From: Terriglobia bacterium
Lineage (GTDB): Bacteria > Acidobacteriota > Terriglobia > 2-12-FULL-54-10
Length of the DNA stretch: 64,000 nt
Assembly: GCA_963666975.2 (NCBI GenBank)
Contig: CAXVYR010000003.1
Span: 960,001 to 1,024,000, forward strand
Reading direction: 5' to 3'
How positions within the stretch are numbered: position 1 is the first letter of the stretch; the number at the start of each line of letters is the position of its first letter. The notes under the pieces are model-generated. The model ran no database searches, was not told the DNA's origin, and saw only the letters and a program-made list of their open reading frames with translations. Of this stretch, positions 49,914-59,612 are shown one piece after another. The translations under genes were made by a program, and so were the position numbers.

Positions 49914-50747
49914 TCAAAATTTGTCCATCAATCGCTTGGCCTGCTGAAACTTTGGGAAGCGGCGCTCCTCCGCCCGGAACAGCGCGGAGTGGACGCAGCG
50001 CTGGCCACGGCGGCTGACCACCGGATGTTTGAGGTGCAGCATCTCGTGATACAGGATGTATTCTACAAGGAATGGGGGCGTCCCGGGCCGGTCGAAGATT
50101 TTGCTGATGATGATGGCGTTGTGCGCAGAGTCATAGTGCCCCAGAGCAGTGCGTGAGGCAGTCCGGCTCCAGCTCAATTGCGGGCGTCCCAAAAGACCGT
50201 GAAAGTACTCCCGGTTGAGTTTCTCGAATATCGTTTCCAGGTCATAGTGCCCCAGAGCAGTGCGTGAGGCAGTCCGGCTCCAGCTCAATTGCGGGCGTCC
50301 CAAAAGACCGTGAAAGTACTCCCGGTTGAGTTTCTCGAATATCGTTTCCAGGTTGAAGTGCCTTCCCTGCGGGACGCCGAGGTGCTTGCGTCCGCGAGTC
50401 CGCCGAATCCAGTGCACTTTCCGGCGCACTGCGCGGCTGTTCAAAAACAGCCGGTAACGGGTACGGTAGCGCGCCGGGATGGGTCGCCGGTACAGTTTCG
50501 CTATCAGGATGACCGCAATGGCCTCCAGCACCGGCTGCGGCGCTCCTTCGAGCAAATCTGAAATGCCAACCAGAACTTTGCCATCGCGAATCCGGATGAA
50601 GTGGTTTACGTCGGCATAAGGACGAAATGCGACATCAAACTCCGGAACCGGAGTCCGGGGCCGCAAGGTATGAAAGACTTCCTTGAAAATGGTTTTCGCC
50701 GAGAGTTTCACGCGGCGGGCTACTCGCGGGGTTTTTGATACAGTCAA
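49914..50747 (-). CDS. M48/SprT-like (YgjP-type) zinc metallopeptidase-fold protein carrying a 37-aa duplication
   Basis: Motifs YHEMLH and HSALFR.EE. LETIFEK...LGHYD occurs twice. Confidence 0.85.
   Translation of the reverse strand: MTVSKTPRVARRVKLSAKTIFKEVFHTLRPRTPVPEFDVAFRPYADVNHFIRIRDGKVLVGISDLLEGAPQPVLEAIAVILIAKLYRRPIPARYRTRYRLFLNSRAVRRKVHWIRRTRGRKHLGVPQGRHFNLETIFEKLNREYFHGLLGRPQLSWSRTASRTALGHYDLETIFEKLNREYFHGLLGRPQLSWSRTASRTALGHYDSAHNAIIISKIFDRPGTPPFLVEYILYHEMLHLKHPVVSRRGQRCVHSALFRAEERRFPKFQQAKRLMDKF
50130..50353. repeat. Perfect 111-bp tandem duplication
   Basis: 50130-50240 is identical to 50241-50351, with a 2-bp GT overlap at the junction. Confidence 0.95.
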
Positions 50748-50750
50748 AGC

Positions 50751-51335
50751 TCAGCGAACCCGCCGGCTTTTTCGCGGTGGAGCTTCTTCCCGGCCAGGCT
50801 GGTCCGAGACGGGGGGTGGCTTGGAAGGAAATTGTGTAGGAGGCTTCCTGCCTTTCACCTCCGGAAACGAGCCTTCTTTGGCCACGGCTATTTCCTCCCG
50901 GGTCATCGCGATGGCTTCCTCCAGTGTGAACTGGTAATCGTCCAGATTCTTCTGAGAACCGGCCTGCAAAGATTCCAAATAGCTCAAAAATTTCGCGGCC
51001 TGCTTTTCCATCTCTTTCAGGCTCTTGCCGATCCGGGCCCGGCTTTCCCTGCCGTTTTCGACACTTCCTTCCAATGCATCCAGGATGTCGATATACTCCT
51101 GTAGATTTTCCCGAATCGCCCGTCCCGACTTCGGCTTCCGGAAAGCGATATTCTGCTCGACGACATCCAGACGCCGCTGGGCAAATTCCAAATAAAGAAT
51201 GATCCTCTTAGCAGGCTCCTGGGCGTCCCGGACCTGGCCGATTTCCGCGGTGGAGAGGAATTCATCTCCCCCTCGCAAGGAAGTTCCCCACCCCAAGATT
51301 CCGAGAGCCAGCAGGAGAAACACGGCGCTCTTCAT
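50751..51335 (-). CDS. Secreted helical hypothetical protein
   Basis: Signal peptide, ATGA overlap with the upstream gene. Confidence 0.75.
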   Translation of the reverse strand: MKSAVFLLLALGILGWGTSLRGGDEFLSTAEIGQVRDAQEPAKRIILYLEFAQRRLDVVEQNIAFRKPKSGRAIRENLQEYIDILDALEGSVENGRESRARIGKSLKEMEKQAAKFLSYLESLQAGSQKNLDDYQFTLEEAIAMTREEIAVAKEGSFPEVKGRKPPTQFPSKPPPVSDQPGREEAPPRKSRRVR

Positions 51336-51838
51336 TTTCTTGCCGATTCATCGCGAGGATTCATGATGGTGTAAAGAATCTCCTCGCGCAAAATGGTAAC
51401 CTTCTCGGCTGCTTTTTCCACGGGCATCCGATCCATGACGGAAAGGCTCATCTGGAGATTGTTGAGATCCCGCTCGTGCCGCCGCAGGTGGATTTCGGCT
51501 CGCTTGGAGTACCCGGTGTCGGAAGCGCTCCTCACCGCTTGCACTAGAAGATCCACTGCAGAGAGATACTGCCCGAGTGCTTTCTTCTCTTTTTCGAAGT
51601 TCCCGGTATCGTAAGCGGACCGCATCAGCTGCAGACGCATGTCGGTCAGCTTAATCGCTATCTTGACACGGTTTTTGGGCTTCGACTCCCGGCTATATTT
51701 CTGCTCCAGCAGGAAGGGTGCATTTTCATTTGGCGCGCCCTTTCCATCAAGCGCGGAGAGACTTGCGACGTTCCCGGAAAGCAAAACCCAAACTGCCGCT
51801 GCTGAAATAACGCTTTTCACAGTCATCACTCCTCGCAC
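51332..51838 (-). CDS. Secreted helical hypothetical protein
   Basis: Signal peptide. AGGAG precedes the likely start MTVKS. Confidence 0.75.
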   Translation of the reverse strand: MRGVMTVKSVISAAAVWVLLSGNVASLSALDGKGAPNENAPFLLEQKYSRESKPKNRVKIAIKLTDMRLQLMRSAYDTGNFEKEKKALGQYLSAVDLLVQAVRSASDTGYSKRAEIHLRRHERDLNNLQMSLSVMDRMPVEKAAEKVTILREEILYTIMNPRDESARK

Positions 51839-51923
51839 TGGCTCTTAGTATATAGTTTTTCTAACCGCCAAAAAAGACGCTTCTTTGCCGGCGGTCCCAG
51901 CCAAAAACCGCCGCCCGAAGCCC

Positions 51924-53264
51924 CTACTTCAGTTCGAGAGTAAGCACCTTGATTCTCTCGCGGGCCTGGAACTGTTGATCGGGATTTTTCCCTTCCTCCA
52001 GTTCGAGAAAGCGCTGGTAGTTCTCCAAAGCCGCATCGAGAACTCGCAGCTTGTCCAGGCTGATGGCGCGCAAAAAGTAGGTGCCGGCCGTATCTTTGTT
52101 GAGCGCGGCAACTTTTTCCAGCGCCTTCACCGTAGCTCCGTAGTTCTCTAAGAGGTATAACGCCGACGCTAAATTCGTATAACCTTCCACCTGCTCCGGA
52201 CGGAGCTTCGTAACCTGGAAGAAGGCTTCCGCCGCCCTTTGGTACTCTTTTTTATCCATCTGTAATCTACCATAGAGCAGATACCATTCGGCATCACTCT
52301 TTGCATCGCCCGCAACATGGTCCTGAGCCCTGCTCTGCGCCTGACCCAGCATCACCTGAAGCAACGCTTCCGCTTTCTCTGTCTCTTGACCCAGTAGATA
52401 GACCTGCACCAACGTTTCAGCCAATTCCCGGCCGGTGTCGCCAGCTGCTCGGACCGCCTCGAACTGTTCAGCCGCGGCCGCGAAACGCTCTCGGCGAATA
52501 TATATTTGCCCCAGCCTTCGCCGCAGGCCATTTCGTCCGGGATGTGCTTCCAGATGGCGAAGATAAATCGCTGCTGCCTCGTCCAGTGTGTCAGCCCCCT
52601 CTGCCGCGCGTGCTTCCAGCAACCCCGCCAAGCGCAGCCGTGCATCATCCAGTGAAGAGTCTATATCCAAGGCACGACGCAGTTGCTGTTCCGCCGCAGC
52701 CGCGTCCGTCTCCGCCAGCAGTTCCGCAAGGGCCAGCAGAGCCTGCACATGGTCCGGCTTGAGCTTCAAAACCTTTTCGTAAGTCTCGCGAGCCTCCTGC
52801 ATCCGCCCGACCGATGCCAGAGCTTCCGCTAAATTGAAATGGGTGGGGACATCGAGCGGCTCTTTCCCGGCGACGAACTGGAGGTGGTCCACAGCCTCGG
52901 CGGCGTTGTCATCCTGGAGTAACAAGATGCCCAGGTTCCGGTGCGCCGCGGTCAATTCCTTCTCCCGCGACAATACATTCTGATACAGGCGAATCGCTTC
53001 GGCACGGCGTCCGGTCAGGCTATAGGCAAACGCAAGATTAAATTCCGCCCGGTAATCTTCCGGTTGACCGGCAAGGTAGGTTTCGAGCATCGTCGCAGCC
53101 GCGGTGTAATCTTCTTTTTGCAAAGCAGCGTCGGCTTGCTGGAGAAGCTCTTCGGCAGACTGCGTAAAAGCGGGTGCTGTAAGAACAAAAAAGGCCATGA
53201 TCACCGCTGCAAGTCTGCGGCAAAAACCAGGGTCTTTTCGGACGGAATTGCTGTTCCTCAGCAT
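51924..53264 (-). CDS. Secreted TPR protein
   Basis: Signal peptide and multiple TPRs (AEFNLAFAY, AHRNLGILL, GYTNLASAL). Confidence 0.85.
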   Translation of the reverse strand: MLRNSNSVRKDPGFCRRLAAVIMAFFVLTAPAFTQSAEELLQQADAALQKEDYTAAATMLETYLAGQPEDYRAEFNLAFAYSLTGRRAEAIRLYQNVLSREKELTAAHRNLGILLLQDDNAAEAVDHLQFVAGKEPLDVPTHFNLAEALASVGRMQEARETYEKVLKLKPDHVQALLALAELLAETDAAAAEQQLRRALDIDSSLDDARLRLAGLLEARAAEGADTLDEAAAIYLRHLEAHPGRNGLRRRLGQIYIRRERFAAAAEQFEAVRAAGDTGRELAETLVQVYLLGQETEKAEALLQVMLGQAQSRAQDHVAGDAKSDAEWYLLYGRLQMDKKEYQRAAEAFFQVTKLRPEQVEGYTNLASALYLLENYGATVKALEKVAALNKDTAGTYFLRAISLDKLRVLDAALENYQRFLELEEGKNPDQQFQARERIKVLTLELK

Positions 53265-53357
53265 CTTCTTCCCTGCTCCGAATCCACCTGCATAATAACC
53301 CAAGAGGCGTTCACAATTGCCCGCAACTTGCCGGCTCTATCTTCCTCGGCAGCGGCA

Positions 53358-56300
53358 TCAACTCCGCCGGGTTCTTCGGCGTGGGTGGATAGTTTTTCTC
53401 CTTGCTGTCGACGGTCCGGGTTTCTGTAGCGGCATCCCCCAGATCGGGGCCGTTTCTTCCGCCACAGACGGCTCTTCCCCCCAGCGGCGATGCGCTTCCA
53501 GCACCGGTTGCAAGTATTTCCCCGTGTAGGAATGCAGCGAGTTCGCGACCTGCTCCGGCGTGCCGCAGCAAACCAGCTCGCCTCCGCGCTCACCGCCCTC
53601 GGGACCCAAATCGATCACCCAGTCGGCGCTCTTGATCACGTCCATGTTATGTTCGATGATCACAATGCTGCCGCCGTTATCCAGCAACTTGCGAAAAGCA
53701 GTCAGCAGTTTGCTGATATCGTCAAAATGCAGACCGGTGGTCGGTTCGTCAAAGATGTACAGCGCCGGCTCGCTCTCGCCAAAGGCCAGGTGCGCAGCCA
53801 GCTTCACGCGCTGCGCCTCGCCGCCGGAAAGCGTGGTGGCGGACTGTCCCACCCGCAAATAACCGAGGCCCACCTCGTCCAATATGCGCAGGCGGCGGAG
53901 TATACGGTCGCCCCCGCGAAAAAAAGCCAGCGCCTCGCTCACCGTCATCTGGAGCACTTCATGGATGCTCTTGCCCCGGTAACGGATCTCCAGCACTCCG
54001 CTTTTATATCTTGTCCCCCGGCACTCCTCGCACAGCAACTCCACATCCGCCAGGAACTGCATCTCCACCGTGACCGTTCCGTTCCCCTGACAAGCTTCGC
54101 AGCGTCCTCCGGGGATGTTAAAGGAAAAAGTGCCCGGAGAATAGCCTCGCTTTCGAGCGTCCGGCAGCGAGGAGAACAACTCCCGGATGCCGTCGAATGC
54201 TTTGATGTAGGTGACCGGATTGGAGCGGGGCGTGCGCCCGATGGGCGACTGGTCTACCAGCACCACCTTCCGGATGTGCTCGGCTCCCTCGATACGGCGG
54301 CACCCCATTCTGCCGTCCCCGTTTCTTGCACGGTTCGGCGGATACGATTGCTCCAACATGGATTGCGGAACGTCGGGAACGGAGATGCCTCCGGCAGCCT
54401 TGTCCACGCGAGCAGCGGAGACTTGGGCGGCGCGGCTCCGAAGAACCTCATACAAAACGTCGTGAACCAAACTCGACTTGCCGGAACCGGAAACTCCGGT
54501 AACGGCTACCATCATCCCCAAGGGAATGGTTACCTCGATGTTCTTCAGGTTGTGCGCGTAGGCGCCGACAATCTTCAATTGCTTCCGGGTCACAGGCCGC
54601 CGGTGTTCCGGCAGGCGGATGCGCAGATCGCCGTTCAAATAGCGCCCCGTCAACGTGCTGTTCCGGGCTACCAACTGGTCATAGCTCCCAGCGAACAGGA
54701 CTCTACCGCCGTTTTCTCCGGCCCCCGGACCCAGATCCAGAATGTGATCCGAGGCTTGCATCATTGAAGTATCGTGCTCCACAACGAGGATTGTATTGCC
54801 CTGGTCCCGCAGCTCTTTGAGGATGTGAATCAGCCGTCCCGTGTCGCGGTTATGGAGGCCGATTGAAGGCTCATCCAGCACATACAAGGCTCCCACCAGG
54901 CACGAGCCCAGCGAAGCAGCCAATTGGATTCGCTGGGCCTCCCCGCCGGAAAGGGTCGCTGCCAGACGGTCCAGGGTCAAATATTCCAGACCGACGTTTT
55001 GCAGGAACCGCAGGCGACGGCGCACCTCCTCCAGAATCTTTTCAGCGATTGTTTGCTGGTAAGAAGTCAGTTGGAGAGCGTCGAAAAACTTCCTCTCTTG
55101 CTCGATGCTCATCCGGCAAATCGCGCTCAGGTCCTGGCCGGCTACCTTCACCTGGAACGCCTCCTTCCGCAGTCTTCCTCCCTTGCACTCCGGACACAAG
55201 GCGTAGCCGCGGTAACGGCTCAGGAATACACGCACGTGGAGTTTGTATTTCTTGCGTTCGAGGTAGCTGAAGAACCCCTTGACCCCTGGACGACGCCGCA
55301 ACCGCTTGTTACCTTCCTCACTTCCTTCCCAGACAAACTCCTTCTCTTCCTCAGTCAGTTGAAAAAAGGGAACGTCCAGGCGCACGCCCCGCGCGCGGGC
55401 TGCCTTCTTGAAATCCGCATAAAAGTGGCGATAACGGGGTTTGGTCCACGGTGCCACGGCTCCCTGGTCGAGCGTCAGTGTGGGGTCCGGAACTACCAAC
55501 TGGGGGTCGAAGTCGATGGTATTGCCGAATCCCTGGCAGCGGGGACAAGCGCCATAGGGGCTGTTGAAGGAAAACAGCCGGGGTTCCGGCTCCTCATAGG
55601 TGATGAAGCATGTCTTGCACTCGAACCGCTCGTTGAAGGTCAGGTCGCTCCCCGGCAGGTCGGGCATTTCCACCACGGCCTCGCCGCCTTCCCGGTAACA
55701 GATCTCCAGGCTGTCGATCAGCCGTTGCCGGGATTCAGCCTGCAGGACCAGGCGGTCCGCCAGGACCCAGACCGGGCGGCTGAAGTTGATCTCCAGCAGA
55801 GATTCCGGAGTGGAAAACTCGAAGATCGTTCCGTTTTGATATAAACGGTTGAACCCGAGCTTGCGAAGCTCAAACAGCCGCGTCTTCAGTAGCTCAGCAT
55901 CGGATGGTTTGGGTCGCTTGGCGTGCGCTGAGAGTTTAATCTTTTCTTCCTTTGCTGCTTCCTTTCCCTCTTCTTTTTTTGAAAGATGAAGATGAGGACT
56001 AGGACTAGGATGCAAACTCCTCCGGAGGAGCGGGAACAGAAGGATTGCCCGAATCCCTTCCGGATTGCCGGCTCGCCCCGGAAGGGCCAGCAGGCGATCC
56101 GCCACTTCATCGACCGAGTCCTTCTTTACTTCGGCCCCGCATTGGGAGCAAAAGGTCTTTCCGATGCGTGCAAACAGGAGACGCAGGTAGTCGTAGATTT
56201 CCGTGGAGGTCCCGACGGTCGATCTCGGATTCCGGGTGGAGTTTTTCTGCCGGATGGCAACGGCCGGAGCAATCCCGCTGATTTCCTCCACCTCCGGCTT

Positions 56301-56513
56301 TTCCATCCGCTCCAGAAACTGGCGGGCGTAGGCCGAGAGCGACTCCACATAGCGGCGCTGGCCCTCGGCGTAGAGCGTATCGAAAGCCAGGCTGGACTTG
56401 CCGGAACCGCTGACACCCGTGACGACGGTCAGAGTATTGTGAGGAATTTCACAATCTATGTTCTTCAGATTGTGAACCCGCGCGCCTCTGACCTGTATGC
56501 TCTCCATGGACAT
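53358..56513 (-). CDS. uvrA: Excinuclease ABC subunit A
   Basis: Two Walker A motifs GVSGSGKSS, two LSGGEAQR signatures, zinc fingers, and AEGQRRYVES. Confidence 0.97.
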   Translation of the reverse strand: MSMESIQVRGARVHNLKNIDCEIPHNTLTVVTGVSGSGKSSLAFDTLYAEGQRRYVESLSAYARQFLERMEKPEVEEISGIAPAVAIRQKNSTRNPRSTVGTSTEIYDYLRLLFARIGKTFCSQCGAEVKKDSVDEVADRLLALPGRAGNPEGIRAILLFPLLRRSLHPSPSPHLHLSKKEEGKEAAKEEKIKLSAHAKRPKPSDAELLKTRLFELRKLGFNRLYQNGTIFEFSTPESLLEINFSRPVWVLADRLVLQAESRQRLIDSLEICYREGGEAVVEMPDLPGSDLTFNERFECKTCFITYEEPEPRLFSFNSPYGACPRCQGFGNTIDFDPQLVVPDPTLTLDQGAVAPWTKPRYRHFYADFKKAARARGVRLDVPFFQLTEEEKEFVWEGSEEGNKRLRRRPGVKGFFSYLERKKYKLHVRVFLSRYRGYALCPECKGGRLRKEAFQVKVAGQDLSAICRMSIEQERKFFDALQLTSYQQTIAEKILEEVRRRLRFLQNVGLEYLTLDRLAATLSGGEAQRIQLAASLGSCLVGALYVLDEPSIGLHNRDTGRLIHILKELRDQGNTILVVEHDTSMMQASDHILDLGPGAGENGGRVLFAGSYDQLVARNSTLTGRYLNGDLRIRLPEHRRPVTRKQLKIVGAYAHNLKNIEVTIPLGMMVAVTGVSGSGKSSLVHDVLYEVLRSRAAQVSAARVDKAAGGISVPDVPQSMLEQSYPPNRARNGDGRMGCRRIEGAEHIRKVVLVDQSPIGRTPRSNPVTYIKAFDGIRELFSSLPDARKRGYSPGTFSFNIPGGRCEACQGNGTVTVEMQFLADVELLCEECRGTRYKSGVLEIRYRGKSIHEVLQMTVSEALAFFRGGDRILRRLRILDEVGLGYLRVGQSATTLSGGEAQRVKLAAHLAFGESEPALYIFDEPTTGLHFDDISKLLTAFRKLLDNGGSIVIIEHNMDVIKSADWVIDLGPEGGERGGELVCCGTPEQVANSLHSYTGKYLQPVLEAHRRWGEEPSVAEETAPIWGMPLQKPGPSTARRKTIHPRRRTRRS

Positions 56514-56787
56514 GGTAAAGGTTTCCCGAAAGGGCAATGCCTCTGTGTAAAATTCACCCGCCAGCCAAACACATCAGTATAACTCGACACCGGTAATAGG
56601 GCGGGGGGGAACTTCCTGGCAGGTAATGGGTCATCGATTGGAAGCAGAAGCTACTCGTCGCATTTTCAGCAAATGCGTTTTCAGGCCAGTGCCGCCCGGC
56701 GGCTGAGAAAGTGTAAAGATTTCTATCCTAAAACGGGCCTTATAATGAGAGCTGATCCACACCGCCATCGTGAAGGCGACTGTAATT

Positions 56788-56860
56788 AGAGCCGCGCCTG
56801 TCCCGAGCCATGCCCCGAGCGGAGTCGAGGGGGAAGTCGAGGGAACAGTAATGGAGTGGT
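56788..56860. repeat. Nested REP-like palindromes
   Basis: CCCCGAGCGGAGTCGAGGGG lies inside TCCCGAGC...GTCGAGGGA, which lies inside AGAGCCGCG...CAGTAATGGAGTGGT. Confidence 0.5.
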
Positions 56861-56936
56861 TTCGGAGCCACCGCACGCCATGGCGGTTTAGCCGGGTCGG
56901 CCTGAACAAAAGTAAGGTGACTCAGGGTACTGTGAT

Positions 56937-57464
56937 ATGAAGACGAGCGAACTGCATCTTCATCGAGACGAACTCGACGACCGGCTCTTGCCACGTCTTG
57001 TTGGTCGCGTGTTTCACGTCACGTCCGTGATCTCGCTCGATCAAATTCTAGCTTCAGGGGAGATTCGGCCGAATGTCGACGGGCAATTCACAACGACTTT
57101 CGGCTTCTCAAGCAATTCATTCTTTCGAAAACGAGGCTGCATATCAATATTCGATTATCGCTTCGCCTCGCTGAAACAGATTGAGGAGTCGATTTGCAAG
57201 TGCTCTCCGTTTCACGTGCCCCGCTCAGACCATAAGCTTGCCTACATGTTCTTGTCTGCGAACGAACACCATCGTCTCATTCCGTGGACGAAGTGGAAGG
57301 AAGAGCAAGCCTGGGGCGAAATGATCGTTCCGTACGTAGAGGCGGGCTTCCCCGGCTCCATCCCGATGCCATCGATCGAGGAGGTCCTCCGAGTGATAAT
57401 CGAGTACCCGCCAGACCCTCTCATAGAAGCCCTCGAAAAAGGCCGGGCTAACATGGCGAAGTAG
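56937..57464 (+). CDS. Hypothetical protein (cassette-like; FHVT motif reminiscent of ART-fold proteins)
   Basis: 175-aa ORF followed by an attC-like site. The fold suggestion is weak. Confidence 0.65.
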   Translation: MKTSELHLHRDELDDRLLPRLVGRVFHVTSVISLDQILASGEIRPNVDGQFTTTFGFSSNSFFRKRGCISIFDYRFASLKQIEESICKCSPFHVPRSDHKLAYMFLSANEHHRLIPWTKWKEEQAWGEMIVPYVEAGFPGSIPMPSIEEVLRVIIEYPPDPLIEALEKGRANMAK

Positions 57465-57555
57465 CCGAGGTGCGTCACGGCAAAGACGTTCCAGGTACCC
57501 TCGGCTCACAAGAAACGCACGACTTGGCGCGGCTGAAGCTCCTGTGTCGGTAGGC
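57446..57555 (+). other. Degenerate attC-like site
   Basis: GGCTAAC-ATGGCGAAG-TAGCCGA ... GCGGCTGAAGCTC...GGTAGGC. Confidence 0.35.
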
Positions 57556-57593
57556 GCTCGATGAGTTCCGCCGCATTTCTTGGGAGAATTAAC

Positions 57594-58085
57594 ATGTTAA
57601 GAACAGCTATCCTCACTGTGATGCTGTTTGGCAGCGCCTTCTTTGCTTCTGGGGCGCAGGAGAGCGAAGACTTTTCACACGAATTCGCATACCGAGGCGC
57701 AAAGCTAGAGGGCGAGGTATTTCTGTGTACGAGTGACCGCGTCGCGAGCGCCGGTTTTCGACGAGACGCTATTAAAGGAGTCGTGACCGAGGTCGCCGAT
57801 ATTGCCAAGCAGCGAAACACAACCACATGGCGGATTACACTGAAAGGAAGCCAGGCTGAGGTTGTTGCGTTCACTGGTGCCACCCAAACGTTAGAAGTTG
57901 CTGAACAGTTCTCAGTCCATCGGGGTCCACTCGGCCTGTTGCTCACGTGGCAGGACCGCAAACCATCGAGCCAGACAATCACGATTGACTTGTCTAACTC
58001 ATCATTCGTGTATTCAGGCCAGGACCTGAACATTTGGATGAACAAGACGAACATCTTTGTGGGTTCATGTCGGCCATACATGTAA
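57594..58085 (+). CDS. Secreted hypothetical protein with two Cys
   Basis: Signal peptide, GGGAG RBS. Confidence 0.7.
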   Translation: MLRTAILTVMLFGSAFFASGAQESEDFSHEFAYRGAKLEGEVFLCTSDRVASAGFRRDAIKGVVTEVADIAKQRNTTTWRITLKGSQAEVVAFTGATQTLEVAEQFSVHRGPLGLLLTWQDRKPSSQTITIDLSNSSFVYSGQDLNIWMNKTNIFVGSCRPYM

Positions 58086-58106
58086 GGGATCAAACCTAGC
58101 GAAACC

Positions 58107-58391
58107 ATGCCATACGAGTATCAGGAATATCCAAAGTTTTTGTACCATCCGAAGCTCGCGCCACAGGGGAAAATCTTCCAAAGCGCGGAGGAAACCGAAG
58201 GTCTTGTGCGCAAGGGCTGGGTTGATGCGCCCGCAAAATTTCCAAAGCCGTCTCGTATTAGGGTCGCTCTCGTTGCGATCAGACCGTGGTGGTCTGAATG
58301 GGAATGGCTAATCAAAGCCGTCGTCGTTATTCTTGGTCTTGTCGCGGCGGCGATTGCGCTTTTTCTGAGTTCTTTCGGGCGTCTGACCTGA
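58107..58391 (+). CDS. Small hypothetical protein with C-terminal TM helix
   Basis: 94 aa, YQEYPKFLYHP...GWVDAP plus a TM helix. Confidence 0.65.
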   Translation: MPYEYQEYPKFLYHPKLAPQGKIFQSAEETEGLVRKGWVDAPAKFPKPSRIRVALVAIRPWWSEWEWLIKAVVVILGLVAAAIALFLSSFGRLT

Positions 58392-58496
58392 GTCCGCGCC
58401 GGTCGCGGCTGAGCGCGTGGTCGTTCGGCGTTGCGTGTCCCACACCGCGCTGCTGAAGTCCTGATAGCGCAGTGTTGATCTACAGGCCTGGGTACG

Positions 58497-58562
58497 GCCC
58501 AACTTTGCAGGAACAGGGGATGAACGCGCATCCTGGCGGCGGCTCGGCACCAATCGTTATGC
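58497..58562 (+). other. attC-like site
   Basis: GCCCAAC (RYYYAAC) ... inner GGATG/CATCC stem ... GTTATGC, 66 bp. Confidence 0.4.
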
Positions 58563-58617
58563 GCACCCGAAAAGAGTTGGGAGATGCTACAATAAGAGGC
58601 AGTCAGCAAGGAATACA

Positions 58618-58845
58618 ATGGCAAAGCAACTCAAGGTCATTCACAGCGACCCAGACATTCTTGGAGGCAAACCGGTATTTGTCGGAACTCGTGTCCCCGT
58701 TCAGAATCTCATTGATTGTCTGGAGGCTGGCGACAGCTTGGAGGAGTTTCTGGCTTCCTTCCCAACCGTCACACGAGAGCAGGCAGTGGCGGCACTCGAG
58801 ATCGCCCGCGAGGCTCTAGAATTCAGTGCGCATTCTACTCGATGA
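58618..58845 (+). CDS. DUF433 antitoxin-like protein
   Basis: DPDILGGKPVFVGTRVPV. Confidence 0.9.
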   Translation: MAKQLKVIHSDPDILGGKPVFVGTRVPVQNLIDCLEAGDSLEEFLASFPTVTREQAVAALEIAREALEFSAHSTR

Positions 58846-59155
58846 ATGTTTGCCCCGCGAACTCGCGGTCGAATTGGAAGGTCACGCAGTAAGCACGGTT
58901 CAGCAAGCGGGCTGGGGCGGTCTCAAGAACGGTGAGCTTTTGGCGAAAGCGTCGGGCCGCTTTGAAGTCCTTCTTACTATTGATCAACACATTGAACGTC
59001 AGCAAAATATCCCTGTTGATGTTGCGGTGATTATAGTTCGGGCTCCTTCAAATCGCATCCAAGACTTAAGGCCGCTCGTGCCTGCATTGCTTCAAGCTGT
59101 TAAAGAAGCTAAGCCCGGGAAGTCCACCGCCGTCGGGCGCAGCACGCGGAGATGA
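58826..59155 (+). CDS. DUF5615 PIN-like (VapC45-like) toxin
   Basis: Motifs ILLDECLP, GWGGLKNGELL and LLTID. Overlaps the DUF433 gene. Confidence 0.88.
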   Translation: MRILLDECLPRELAVELEGHAVSTVQQAGWGGLKNGELLAKASGRFEVLLTIDQHIERQQNIPVDVAVIIVRAPSNRIQDLRPLVPALLQAVKEAKPGKSTAVGRSTRR

Positions 59156-59612
59156 ACCCGATCGTGGTTGCCGTAAAGTGTCCCACACTGCTCCGCTGGA
59201 ATTCTGGTAGCGTAGTGTTGATCGATCTGCCTGTTACTTCTCAACTCTTGGATGAACGCGCATCCCGTCGATATGGCCAGACAGCCATTGTCAAACAACC
59301 GCTTGTCAAGAAAAAAACTTAGCAACCCGCCTGGATAGAGACTTTATTGAGAAAGCCTCATTCACCACATTATCAAATATAGTCAGTCCGCACTCCCGCG
59401 CAGGATTTAATATAACCATATATTTATGAATACATTACAACGATGTCCTGAAAGTGCGTAAGGTACCTTAGCCTCGCACGGCCACCCATGAAAACCAGCG
59501 CTAAAAACCATCCAACGGCAAAATCCGCCAATAGAACATTAAAAACTTCTAATTGCACTAAAATTGTGCTAATGTCTGCAAGTTCCCCCGAACAGTACCT
59601 GGATATAGGAAG

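Noticed and set aside
53358-56513. Low-complexity insertions and extended tail in UvrA as a novel domain
   Set aside because: They are short, apparently unstructured loops, and both ABC modules are intact.
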